Shown here: positions 1 through 11,570 of the stretch, piece after piece
Layout: each line of letters opens with the position of its first letter
Numbering within the stretch: the stretch's first letter is position 1
Source: Felis catus
Taxonomy: Eukaryota
DNA length: 64,000 nt
Assembly: GCF_018350175.1 (NCBI RefSeq)
Contig: NC_058383.1
Coordinates: forward strand, 3,782,001 to 3,846,000
Direction of reading: 5' to 3'
Program-made: the position numbers and the translations under genes
The notes under the pieces: model-generated
Database searches by the model: none
Seen by the model: the letters and a program-made list of their open reading frames with translations, nothing else
What the model was told of the DNA's origin: nothing

Positions 1-575
1 GTCACAAAAGACTTCCCCACCACGGCAAGCTGTAAAGCATGGGTGGGGGGGGGCTGCCTGCATCCACCCCTCACGCCAGGTAAGCCCTGCCAGCTCAGAG
101 GTCCAGGAAGTGATGAGACCTGCCTCCAACAGAGAGCTGGGAGTACCAGGAAGAAGATTATTGGCAAAACCCTTTGGAGCCCTGAAAGTTCCATCTCATT
201 GTAATTGTCAAAAATGTAAGTGTCACCTAAGCCCACAAGGGGCGAGGCCCTGATTGTGGCACATCCCACAAGTTGGGGCGTGGAAAAAAATTCCATTCAT
301 TTTGTAGCCCCTTTGTTCTTTTGCCCAGGACTCAGCTCCAGAGGAAGAAGCATCCAGTTGGGTCTAGCTTGGGCCGTGTGATGCCTTGTGTGCTGGGTGG
401 AGGGCAGATTCCCTCCTGATTATAAACCCCACTCACTGCCATTGAACTGTACCCAATGGGAAAGGGACAGGGGATTCCTCAAGCAAAATCAGAGGAAATG
501 GGTAACTGGGAAATACATGTATTTTAACTTTAAATAGAGAAAATCTAAATTCAGTGTTTAAAAGACAAAAATCCA

Positions 576-783
576 GGGAAGCCTGGGTGGTTCAGTCAGT
601 TAAGTGTCCAACTTTGGCTCAGGTCATGATCTCACAGTTCATGAGTTCAAGCCCTGCATGGGGCTCTGTGCTGATGGCTCATAGCCCGGAGCCTGCTTCG
701 GATTCTGTGTCTCCCTCTCTCTCTGCCCACCCCCCCTGTTCTATCTCTCTCAAAAATAAATAAACATTAAAAAAAAATTTTTG
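576..783 (+). mobile_element. Can-SINE (SINEC_Fc type)
   Basis: tRNA-like head, (CT)n, A-rich tail; 15-bp TSD aaagacaaaaatcca at 561-575 and 784-798. Confidence 0.95.
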
Positions 784-1039
784 AAAGACAAAAATCCATG
801 TAACGCTTTAACTGAAAACTCTTAGAAAACACAAGTGCCAGGGAACTAAGGTGATACTCAGATTGCATATCTGTGCTTTTCAAGTTCCAGTTTCTATGTC
901 CAGGTGAATTCTGTGCTGAAATCCACCCGAGCAATACTGTGATTCTCTCGGGTCACACGACGGTGAGTGGAGTGGTCCCTGGTACTGATGAGCTCCTGAG
1001 TCCAGAGAGGGAGCAAGAGATTTATGTGACAAACCATGA

Positions 1040-2240
1040 AATGATGGGTAAGACCTGTTAAAGGCACCCAGCGAAAGCACCATGGGAGAACAGGGAAATG
1101 GGGTTGTTAATTTTGGTCCTGAAGATCAGAGGAGACTTCCTGGAGGAGGTGACACTTGAGTAGATAGGAGATGAAGACACAGCTTTGAATGTCATGCTGG
1201 ATTTTTCGGTGGAAAACGGTGCGCCTCTGACGTTTTTTGAGCAGAGGGATAATATGGTCTTATCCCAGCAGCACTGGAGAGATTAGGTCGCCCCGGCCGG
1301 AGAGGTCGGGAGACCAGTAAGCGTGCGGCTGCGATGATTCAGATGAGCAGTGATGAGGGGCTGTTTTAGAGTCCGGGGAAGCTGCGGTAATGATGAGAAG
1401 CCGCATTCCGGGGAGCAAGACTGGGCGAGCCTTGATGAATAATGGGATGTTGGGGGTGAAGTGGAAAGTAACGTAAGACTTCTGTCTTGGGCAATGCGGT
1501 GAATTGCGATGCTGTGAACCAATCTGGGAACTCGGGAGCAGTGTGAAGGGGAAGACGGGAAGGCCGACTGGGGTCAGGTAGGGTTTGAGATGCGTTAGAG
1601 ACACCCTGGCAGAAACATGCAGTAGGTGAGTGGATGCCACAGTCGGAACCGTTGGTACTCGTGACCTTCGTGTTTTGAGAAGAGCTGGGAAGCCGGAAGG
1701 ATCACGGACACGACAGAGCCTACGAGCGAGACTGTCGGACCGGCGTCAGCTCAGCTCGGGGCAGATCGACACAGCTACCGAGGACACACGTCCTCTTTGC
1801 CAGGCTCTGGGGGCGCGGCGGGCCAGCGGGACGGTGACCGTGACAGATGTAGCCCCCGCCCTCACAGAGCCCCGAGCAGTGGGAAGGTGCCAGCGGAGGA
1901 GAGACGAACGTCTGTGCCTCTTTGCCAAAAAAGGCAGATTCCAGAAGCTTCAGAACTCCACGTCTGGCTGGGCAACAGTCCTGAAGTCTCGTAAACCCCG
2001 GGAGAACAAGGCAGGAGCGGAGGGTCCTCTGGGGACCGCCTGGATCCAGAGACCACTCGTGCGAGAGGAAGCTCTCCCTTCCTGAGAGGGGAGACTCCAG
2101 AGACGATGCGTCTGGGGTGCAGCCAGACATTTGGCGGAGGTCCTCAGGCGGCTTCCGTGGGCGGGTTCCACAAATACCGGCTGAGGGCAGTGGAGTGAGA
2201 CAGATTCAGGAGAGGCGAAAAACTAAATGCAAAGCTTTGA
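1040..2240 (-). mobile_element. Degraded LINE-2 fragments
   Basis: L2-like antisense motifs such as gacttcctggaggaggtgacacttgag and ttttgagcagaggga. Boundaries approximate. Confidence 0.55.
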
Positions 2241-3044
2241 TTAATGGGCTGCTGTTCAAGCAAGAGAAAGGTCTCGAGACCTCAAGGTTCTCCTCACGGC
2301 TCTGTCCTGTGTACCTTTAAAAAAAAAAAAAAAAAAAAACAAGGGAAATAGATATCAGTTCAGGACGAGGAAGAACTTAAACGATCCGAAAAAAGGTCCA
2401 GTAGACCCTTTGTGGCGGGGGGTCCCATCAGCAGGTACGTGGGCGCAGCCCCCGGTGACCGCCTTCCGTGACCGTGAAGACCAGAGCGCAGTCTTGGAGG
2501 AAGGGCGCGGTGATGTCCCTCCCAAACCGAGCGTCCTTCCCGTCCACGAGCAGCCTCGGGACCCCAGGGCGGCACCCCCCGACCCCCGCCGTCTTGGGAA
2601 GCTCACCAGGTCTACACGCGAGCTCACTGAAGGCGGCTGGGTCTTGTGGGGGGCCCGGGATCTTGGCAGCCAGTCAAACCCGGTTCCCGTCCGCAGCCAC
2701 AACTGTCCAAATGTGTGCATTTGTCACAAGGCACCCCACCCCTGCCTGTTTCGAGGGCTCCGTGAGGACCCACTGTGTACCTCAGGTGCCTCCATCCACC
2801 ACCTGCTCATTCCAAGTATTCCGTGAGAGGCTGGGAGTCCGGCAGAAGGCCCACACACATACAGACCATTAAAATGAGGAAAGAGGCTGAAGAAGGCATA
2901 ATTACAAAGTGAGGGAGAGAGCTGGAGAAAGGGGTGAGAACACACTTCTCTGAGCCTAAAAATATCATCTGTGCAGAGCCTTCTGGGCATGGCACACAGT
3001 AGGTGTCTAATAAATGATGGCCTCTTTCCCTGCACCAGCTATGC

Positions 3045-3385
3045 TCCAACTGCCGTCACAAAGTACCACAGACTGGGCGGCTTAAACCACAGAAATATAC
3101 TTTCTCCCCGTTCTGGAGGCTGGAAGTCCGAGGTCAAGTCCCGCACAGGCCGTTTCTGGTGAGACCTCTCTTCCTGGTTTGCGGACAGCCACCTCCTCGC
3201 CGTGACCTTACGTGACAGAGACCACAGCGAGCTCTCTAATAAGGACGCTAATCCTGTGGGAGCAGGGCCCCACCCTCGGGACCTCAGTTAACTTGAATTA
3301 CTTCCTCAGAGGCCCTGCCTCCAAATGCAGCCACACCCGAGGGCCCAGGTTCAGCAGATGAATTTCAGAGGGACACAAGGATTCA
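3045..3385 (-). mobile_element. MaLR solo LTR (MLT1-like)
   Basis: acaaagtaccacagactgggcggcttaaac...gttctggaggctggaagtcc is the reverse complement of an MLT1 LTR 3' end. Confidence 0.8.
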
Positions 3386-3739
3386 TCCAGACCCAACGGG
3401 CAGGTGGGCAAAGATTCATCCAGATCCAATTCCCGTATTGATTTCCAGGACATGTGGGCAACCTGCCCCCTTCGCCAGGGCCCCTCCCCGGTCTTTCTAG
3501 CTGGTGAACTTGGTGGTGCGGTGTGGTTTCTCCAAGAGCCAAAGGCAGCCAGGTCCTCATGCATCAGACTGTGCCCCCCCACCCCCACCGGCCCCCAAAA
3601 TCACAATTTAACTCGTAGGACCTCGACTGCCCGCTCCAGACCTGGACACACTTTTTGAAGTGGGAACCATTCAAGATGCCCGTGACCTGTCAGTGATGCT
3701 GGTGACCATAACATCTCCCATTTACTGACTAACGTAGTA

Positions 3740-3960
3740 TCTTACCATCTGACGTTGATCAACTGTTTGCTATGTGCTGTGCTAAGTATTTTATGGGTAC
3801 TCACTCATTCAGTACTCACCCAAACCTGTGAGGTGGGTCCTGAGACTCCTCCCCTCTCAGGGAGCCCAGGCACCCACCAGAGAAGGGTCTCCCCCACCAG
3901 GTCACATGGGGAGGCCATGCCGGGATTTGACCCCAGGCCATCAGACCCTGATGCCCTCCC
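3740..3960 (-). mobile_element. MIR SINE
   Basis: ctatgtgc...tgctaagtattttat...aacctgtgaggtgg...aggtcaca...gggatttgacccc resembles the MIR core. Confidence 0.65.
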
Positions 3961-5559
3961 GGGGAAGAAGCCTCCTCGACAGCCCCTGTGTCCTGCTGAG
4001 GAGTGGGTCGGGGAAACAGGGAAGCACCTGCCTTCCTAAAACCTCAGACTGTCGGGAAGTGTTAAGGAAGAAAATACAAATCTTGTAGCTAGTAATTCAA
4101 AACATTATTTTTATGCTAAACCTGCCTCTGTCACAGAGTCAAATCCAAAATGTATGAGCATTTTGCAAGATAAAGCGGATGCTTCCGGGGAGTTTCAGCA
4201 GGACGAGCCCTAGAAGACTTCTTTCTCTTCCTCCGAGTACCGGGTACCGGGCTGGACGAGCCCGGGATAAACGGCCCCGACTTACAGCATCAGGCTTGGG
4301 CTCCCCCCCAGCCCGGCCCTCAGAACTCACCCACACTGGCCTCACCTGCACCCCCCGCCTCTCACCCGCCTAGACCGCCCCCGTCCTCCCCCTGCACCCA
4401 CTTTCTCCGCTCCACCCCCATCACGCAACCCCAACACCCTCCATCACCCGTCTGCCATTTCATAAACCACGCTGGCCTCCTGTTTTGTTTTTTCCTTTAC
4501 ACGTGCGGTTTCCAACCTTTTCAGTAAAACCAGCAGTCCTCTGCAGACAAGAGCCGGGCCGTCGCTTCTCCGCGTGACCGAGGGCCACATCTTGCTCACG
4601 GCCCCCACTCTGGGAACACGCGCTCATTATTTTGAGGACAGGTATTTCCTCACCGTTTGGGGCCATTCCTGCCGAAAAGCGCGTGCCCTTTCTGAGTAAC
4701 AGGATGGCCCGTAAATCCCAGCTTTGACTGCCTGGGACCAGTTTGTACCAGTGATCTTTGGAAACTATACGGATGTGCTGACACGCATGCGGTTTCTGCC
4801 TCAAAGTCGCTACGTGTGCTTCCTGCCTGGCTCCTTGTCCGTCCCTTAGATCTCACCTCCCAGATGAGGTCACCACCCTCCTTATACCCGCCCCGAGCAC
4901 CGGGCAGCTGTCCGCGGCAGCGCTGGCTCGTGGCTTTGGGCAGGCTCCAGCACTGTGGGCTCGCTTTGCCTTCTGGGTCCCCGGCACGTAGCAGGCTGCA
5001 TGTCACACAGTAGGCAGTCAATGAAATGCCGGTGGAATATCCAACGCTCTCCTGTTGCGGCAGATATACTCGAACCCCGCCCACCCCCACCAGGCTCGGG
5101 GCGGGGCGCCTGCCTCACACCCCCCCGCCGTGGGGAAACCAGAGCTCAGGGCTGGGACCCCGGGGGAGAACCGGGGCCAGTTCTGGCGACCACAGTGGGA
5201 GGGATGATGGCAGCGTCTGGGAGGAGCTGCTGCGGGTTTGCGGCCACGGCCTTGTTCAACTGCCGTCCTGCACTGCCCTCTCCAGGATGACAAGAGGCGC
5301 GGCCAACTCGGCCCGCAAACACGAAATCCTCCTCCTAACCGGGGGCTTTCCATCCAAGAAAGGTCGGGGCACTTGAGAAACAGTCACTTATCACTATTCT
5401 CCCTTGGTTGGGCGGAGGTGGGGGGCAGGGAGTTGTTCAGAGCTCTCCAGGGACAGAAGCCAGAAGCCCAGACACTCACGGCCCGTCCCCTCCGCTATGA
5501 GCTGGTGAGACCACAGGGCCAAGACAGGGAGGACCCTCGACCGGGGCTCATCCCAGGGT

Positions 5560-6050
5560 TACATGCCTAGCAGGCACCTGGGACCTCGTCAGATGCAGCA
5601 TCCGAGGCAGCGGGCGGGGGTGGTGCCTGAGAGCCTGCATTTCTAGCAAGCCCCAGCGGCCGCTGCTCTTAGGCCCCAGTCGATCCTTGATGTTCAAAAC
5701 GTGGTCCAGCGACCAACAGCATCCGCATCAGCAGCACCTGGGAGATTTCTGCGACTCAAAATGTGGTCCTCATTTGACTCCATCCGCAATACCCCAGAGC
5801 TCGGCCCCACGCCAGACTTCCTGGATCAGAATCCACATTTGAACCCGTCCCCCAGGTGATTCACAGACAGACACGGTCAAGTCTGAGATGCTCTGTTCTA
5901 GAATGCCGGTCTTAAGGCCATCTGCATGTTGAAATAAACCACCTGTGGGGCTGTAAAAAAAATACTGATGTGAGCATTCCTAGAGACCCCAGTTTAATTT
6001 CTTTTTAAACTTCCCCGTTATTCCAACATAAAACCAAGCTTGAGGGCTTT
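5560..6050. mobile_element. MER5-family hAT-Charlie DNA transposon fragments (several)
   Basis: caaaacgtggtcc...cagcatc...cacctgggag, gatcagaatccacatttgaac...ccccaggtgattc and ctgcatttctagcaagcccc. Confidence 0.65.
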
Positions 6051-6075
6051 TGCTTTATATTAGAATATTTTCTCA

Positions 6076-6296
6076 GGGTGCCTGCATGGCTCAGTCGGTT
6101 GAGCGTCCAACCTCGGCTCAGGTCGTGATCTCGCAGGCGGGAGTTCAAGCCCCGCATTGGGCTCTGTGCTGACAGCTGGGAGCCTGGAGCCTGTTTCAGA
6201 TTCTGTGTCTCCCTCTCGCTCTCTGCCCCTCCCCCACTGATGCGCGCTCATGCCCTCTCTCTCTCTAAAATAAATAAACATTAAAAAAAATTTTAA
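6076..6296 (+). mobile_element. Can-SINE (SINEC_Fc type)
   Basis: Full SINE structure; TSD agaatattttctca at 6062-6075 and 6297-6310. Confidence 0.95.
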
Positions 6297-6569
6297 AGAA
6301 TATTTTCTCAATATTTTGTTTAAAAAGAGATCAAGTTCTGGGTGCTAGATATGGTATTACTGGAGAGTTGTAGATTCTAGGCCCTTCTTTGTGTTGCGTG
6401 TTAACCATCATTTGTCTAGGTTCCTGTTCTCTTTCGATCTTGCTCATAAAGTTTGCTGAAATACGTGTTGAATTACGTTTGTTGGGGTGTCACTGAAAAA
6501 CACAGAAAAAATATTTTCTTGAATTTAACTAATATACTTCTTAATATTTACCGGCATTTCTTTCTCCAG

Positions 6570-7165
6570 GGAAAACACAAATGTCCAGCCAGCACGTGAA
6601 AAGATGCTCAACATCATTAATCGCTAGGGAAGTGCAAATCAAAATGCAGTGAGACACCACCTTGCATGGATGGATGTAATGTTTACAACGGAAATTCACA
6701 AGGGCAGGTGACGATGTGCAGAAATTGGAACCCTCACGCGTTGCCGGTGGGGACGCAGAAAGGTGCGGCTGCCGTGCGAAACAGGCCGGCGGTGCCTCAG
6801 AAAGTAAAACGGAAATCACCACGCGACCCAGCAAGTGGCAGTCCCAGCTGTATACTCGAAAGAATTGAAAACAGGGCCTCAGATACCTGTAGGTACACGT
6901 TCACAGCGGCATCACTCACAAGAGCCGAAAGGAATATGTTCATCAACAAGTGCTTGTCAATAGATGCGTGGAGAAACAAAACGTGGTCTGTCCGCACAAT
7001 GGAATATTATTCGGCTGTAAAAGAGAACGAAAGGCTGACACCTGCTACGATGTGGGCGAGCCTTGAAACCACGACACCCGGTGAAAGGAGCCAGACAAAC
7101 AGAAAAGAATACCGTGTGGTTCCATTTACGTGAAGTATCTAGACGAGGCAGGTTCAAGGAGACAG
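6570..7165 (+). mobile_element. Old LINE-1 (L1M) ORF2-end / 3'UTR fragment
   Basis: gaaaagatgctcaacatcattaatc...agggaagtgcaaatcaaaa and acaatggaatattattcggctgtaaaa are typical of L1 3' regions. Confidence 0.85.
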
Positions 7166-7675
7166 ACGTGGGTTCGCCCGTGCCTTCGAGAAACCATGAA
7201 GTTTCCAGAACCACACCGTGGCTTCCTTGGATGTGTTCTAGGCCTATTGCAAAGTGAGTGAAGGTCCTTCTTAACCTCAATTTTGTCCAGAAAACCTCTT
7301 GCGTCTTCCAGCTCTCAAAGGGAGCAAATCATTCATACAGACATTGCACATTTTTGCTTTATTTCTGGGTGTCTCCATTTATTTTGCACTGGAAAAGGGA
7401 TCTTTTCTTCCACTGTATTTTCTGAGGAGCTGCTATTTGTACATAGAAATACTATTGATTTTTTTTCATATCCACTCATCTTAGTTTTCCAGTTGTCTTG
7501 TGTTTCTAGATACGGCTCATGCCGTGCACACTTTAGGCGACTTACTGATTCCAGTCCTCCCCAAACCATGTGCAGTGAAGGGCCAGACTGTGGTCTTCTT
7601 CTCAATGTGTTTTACAAAATAGATGATGAGTCCATGGGATCCACTCTCGGATGTCATTAAAATGTCAAATTCCTT

Positions 7676-7893
7676 GGGGCGCCTGGGTGGCGCAGTCGGT
7701 TAAGCGTCCGACTTCAGCCAGGTCACGATCTCGCGGTCCGTGAGTTCGAGCCCTGCGTCAGGCTCTGGGCTGATGGCTCAGAGCCTGGAGCCTGTTTCCG
7801 ATTCTGTGTCTCCCTCTCTCTCTGCCCATCCCCCGTTCATGCTCTGTCTCTCTCTGTCGCAAAAATAAATAAACGTTGAAAAAAAAAATTTTT
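7676..7893 (+). mobile_element. Young Can-SINE (SINEC_Fc)
   Basis: Diagnostic gcgcagtcggttaagcgtccgacttcagccaggtcacg; TSD aaatgtcaaattcct at 7660-7674 and 7894-7908. Confidence 0.95.
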
Positions 7894-7909
7894 AAATGTC
7901 AAATTCCTA

Positions 7910-8145
7910 GGGGCGCCTGGGTGGCTCAGTCAGTAAGGGCATCTGACTCTTGATTCTGACTCAGGTGATGATTTCACGACTTGTGGGATCAAGCCCCGTG
8001 TCGGGTTCCGTGCGGACAGCTTGGAGCCTGCTTGGGATTCAGGATTGTCTCTCTCTCTCCCTCTCTCTCTCCACCCTTCCCCTGATCGAGTGTGCTTGGT
8101 CGCTCTCTTTTGCTCAAAATAAATAAACACTTTTTTTAAAAAAAG
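7910..8145 (+). mobile_element. Can-SINE (older subfamily)
   Basis: SINE head and tail, flanked by gtcaaattccta on both sides. Confidence 0.9.
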
Positions 8146-8167
8146 AGTCAAATTCCTAAAGAACTTT

Positions 8168-8347
8168 TTTTTTTTTTAATTTTTTTGTAATGCTTATTTA
8201 TTTTTGAGAGAGAGACAGGATCTGAAGCAGGCTCCAGGCTCTGAGCTGTCAGCACAGAGCCCGACACAGGGCTTGAACTCACAGACTGCGAGATAACAAC
8301 CTGAACCGAAGTGGGACGCTCAACTGACTGAGTCACCCGGGCGCCCC
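8168..8347 (-). mobile_element. Can-SINE with internal deletion
   Basis: Antisense SINE; TSD ctaaagaacttt at 8156-8167 and 8348-8359. Confidence 0.9.
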
Positions 8348-8475
8348 CTAAAGAACTTTCTAAATGTTTATTTCCAATGTCTGCACTTTCTTGTCACAGA
8401 CCAGGAAACAGTGGGCAGATCAGGAGTGGTCTACAACCTCACTTCAAATATCACTGGTTTAGACCTCTTTTCTTT

Positions 8476-8692
8476 AAAATTTTTTTTTTTCAACGTTTAT
8501 TTATTTTTGGGACAGAGAGAGACAGAGCATGAACGGGGGAGGGGCAGAGAGAGAGGGAGACACAGAATCGGAAACAGGCTCCGGGCTCTGAGCCATCAGC
8601 CCAGAGCCCGACGCGGGGCTCGAACTCACAGACCGCGAGATCGTGACCTGGCTGAAGTCGGACGCCCAACCGACTGCGCCACCCAGGCGCCC
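8476..8692 (-). mobile_element. Young Can-SINE (SINEC_Fc)
   Basis: Antisense SINE; TSD tagacctcttttct at 8460-8473 and 8693-8706. Confidence 0.95.
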
Positions 8693-9120
8693 TAGACCTC
8701 TTTTCTAACATTTTTAGATGTGGCAATTCCACACCTCTAGGACCTTCTCTGTGCCCAGTTACCAAATTCTGTTTATTACTGCAAAGTCACCAGCAGTGAT
8801 TATGGGAAACACAGGAACGTGGCTCAATAAGTTACATAGCACCTGGTGTGTGTGTGTGTATGCACGCTCATGTGTGCGCATGCCCGTAAAATAGATTTTT
8901 TTATGTCTAAAATCAGAAAAAAAGAGATGTCCATACCCCCACCAATACCTGATGGTAACTGCCTGAGACCCCCAAGCGAACACCAGAATAGCTAAGCCCT
9001 AAGTGAACTCTTGACCTAGCACACTGCGGGCCAAACAAAATAATTGCTTTTCCCAAGCGAGTGTGACGGTCCTTCCCTCCCAGAAAGTAACAGGAGCACT
9101 TACCTGTCTGCCTCCATTTC

Positions 9121-9343
9121 TTTTTTGTTTTTAAGTTTATTTATTTTGAGAGAGAGAGAGAGAGACAGAGACTGTGCACACAGAGGAGGGGCAGAGAGAG
9201 GGGGAGAGAGAGCAGATCCCAAGCAGGTTTCACACCACGAGTGCAGAGCCTGACGTGGGGCTCGAACTCACGAACCCCAAGATCACGACCTGAGCCAAAG
9301 TCAAGAGTAGGACGCTTAACCAACTGAGCCACCCAGGTGCCCC
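9121..9343 (-). mobile_element. Can-SINE
   Basis: Antisense SINE; TSD gtctgcct(c/t)catttc at 9106-9120 and 9346-9360. Confidence 0.92.
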
Positions 9344-9364
9344 GGGTCTGCCTTCATTTCTTAA

Positions 9365-9745
9365 ACCTCTCTCTCACTCGCATACTCCTCCCACCTGGTC
9401 TTTTCTCTGCTCCCCAAACACACGAAAATGGTTCTGGCCTCTAGGGTTTTTGCCCCAGCTGCCCTCTCTCTCCGAGAAACCCCTCTCTCCCCCTCTCCCA
9501 ATCTTGCAGGGTCTCAGCTCAGGCCACCAGCTCTCAGTGAGTCGCTCAGGCCTACCCCATCTAGCTTAGATCCCCGGTCCACAGTTGCCTCATGCCTTTT
9601 GTTTAACGGTACTTACACCGTCTGACGTTTTTCTGCGTTTATACCCTCTGCCAGATTATAAAGTCCATGAGAGGAGAGTCCTAACCTGTTTTGATCACCT
9701 GTGCATCGCCCGGTCTTGTATGATGCCTGGCAGAAAATAAGCATG
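9365..9745 (+). mobile_element. LINE-2 3' fragment
   Basis: ccagattataaagtccatgagagga...tgttttgatcac...atgcctggcag resembles an L2 3' end. Confidence 0.6.
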
Positions 9746-9989
9746 TGTATGAGATGGACAAGTCCACGAGAAGGGAACAGCCGTGCGAAGATGAGAGGGA
9801 CAAGCATTTCGCTCAGCAAGAACAGCAAGGAGCAGCAAAAATGGTGCGTTCTAGGCAAGAAAGGCGACCGGTTGGGGCCGGAGGGGTTCGAGATGAGGTG
9901 GGCAGGGACGAGAGAGGTCGGGGCCTTTTAGAACATAGAAAGGATCTTGCCTGGCAGAACTTGATGTGATACTGACTGGGGAGGATGTG

Positions 9990-10400
9990 GTAAAGCACAC
10001 ACACCGCACACCCTTTGCCATTTTAACCATTCTCAAGTGCAGGATTCAGGGGCATTAAGCACATTCACATCGCTGTGCAGCCGCTGACACCATCCGTCTC
10101 CAGAACTTTTTTTCATCTTCGCAAACTCAGACTGCGTCCCCATCAAAGAATTCCCATCCCCTGGGCACCTCTATTCTCTCTGTCGTTACGAATTTGCCCT
10201 CCTGTGAGTGGAATCATGCAGTAGTGGTCCTTCCGTGTCTGGCTTCTGTCACTCAGCCTCAGGTTCGTGGCCCTCGTGGCTTGGGTCAGAGCTGTCTTCC
10301 TTGTTCATCGAGACAAGATACAGCTAACACAGTATCTTTCTTGCTTTTTGAGGCTCAGCAGTATCCCACTGTGTGTAAACACCTTATGAGCACCCATTCA
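9990..10400 (-). mobile_element. LINE-1 (L1MB-like) 3'UTR fragment
   Basis: ccattttaaccatt...ggcattaagcacattcacatcg...ccatccgtctccagaacttttt...agtggaatcatgcagta. Confidence 0.8.
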
Positions 10401-10459
10401 TCAGCACGGGGGGGGGGGGGGGAGGCTGGGGGCTGCTGGGTTTAAAGGCTCTCTTGGGT

Positions 10460-11570
10460 GGGGACCGGCCCCAGGGCCACGTGGGCCATGTAGGGCAGCC
10501 GGGGGGGGGGGGGGGGCAGATCAGGAGCTCATCTGCCCGACCTGCCGCCTGTACCCTACTTCCCACACGGGGCCCGGCCTCAGGACACCGGGCTGCAACC
10601 GCGGAACGCAGCCCGGGAAGGAGCGGGCGGGGCCCAGCCGGGCCGCCGCAACCGCGGAACCCAGCTTGTCCCGGCCGCCGCCCTCCCGCTCCCGACGGGT
10701 CCCCCGCCCGGCGCAGCGGCGCCCTCCGCCCGGCAAGGCGCTTGCGCAGGAAGAGCCCCGCGGAAGACGCGGGGCGCATGCGCAGGAGGCTCCGCTCCCC
10801 GGGAGTCGATCCGCGATCCGGGGTTTGGGCGCCGCCGAGAGCTCTGTTTATAAACACACCGCGCGGCCACCCGCGAGGGGCAACCCGAAAGGTAGTGGGG
10901 TCGGAGGTCAGAGGTCAGCAGGGGCGCCAGGGGCAGACCGATCCCTTAGCCTTTGCCGGCTGCTGGCGGCGCGGCGCGGCGTGGCCGGCCCGGCCGTCCG
11001 ACCGCGGTCCGGGGCTGCCGGGTGCGCCACGTGGTGCGCACGTGGTCCGGTCCCGGCGCGGACCCTCCCTTCCCCCCACGGCCCGCAGCGCCCCCTGGTG
11101 GCGGCCCCGCGCGCCGCACCGCTCGTCGCGCCTGCGCACCAAGCGTCACGACGCGCCTTCCGGTCTGCGCGCGACCGGGCGTGGGTCGGTTGCGTCCTTG
11201 CGACAACCGCGCGTCCTCCCGCCCGCCCGGGGTCTCGGCGAGGGGAAGCTGGGGGCGGCCCGCCCAAGGTCACACGCGCGGCGCCGGGGCGGCCCCAAGA
11301 CCCCGCGCCGTGCGGGGGCGGGGCCTGCGGCGTCCACGTGGCCCCGGTGGCGGAGCGCTCGGCCCCCGCCGCTGCCTGCCCAGCCCGAGTTTGCGCTCGT
11401 GCTCGTGCGCGGCGGCCCCGCGGACGCTCTCCGGGTGCCCCGTGCGCGCTTAATGCGAGGGGGCCGCGCAAACGAGAGGCGACGCGCCTGGCCTCTCCCG
11501 TCACCTGGCTGGGAGCTCGCGGAGCCCCCAGGCTGTGCTGTTGTTAGAGCGGTCGCTTCCCCGCCCGCCT
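10460..11570. promoter_or_regulatory. Orphan CpG island about 23 kb upstream of FOXK1 (distal promoter or enhancer candidate)
   Basis: About 1.1 kb, CpG-dense and free of recognisable repeats. Contains NRF1-type GCGCATGCGC (10774-10783), E-boxes CACGTG (10478, 11028, 11039, 11335), GC box GGGGCGGGGC (11315-11324), DR1 (10905-10917) and forkhead palindrome (10845-10856). Confidence 0.85.

Noticed and set aside
6666..7133. 155-aa ORF with L1 ORF2-like words (TMEYYSAVK)
   Set aside because: Decayed LINE-1 remnant, not an intact gene.
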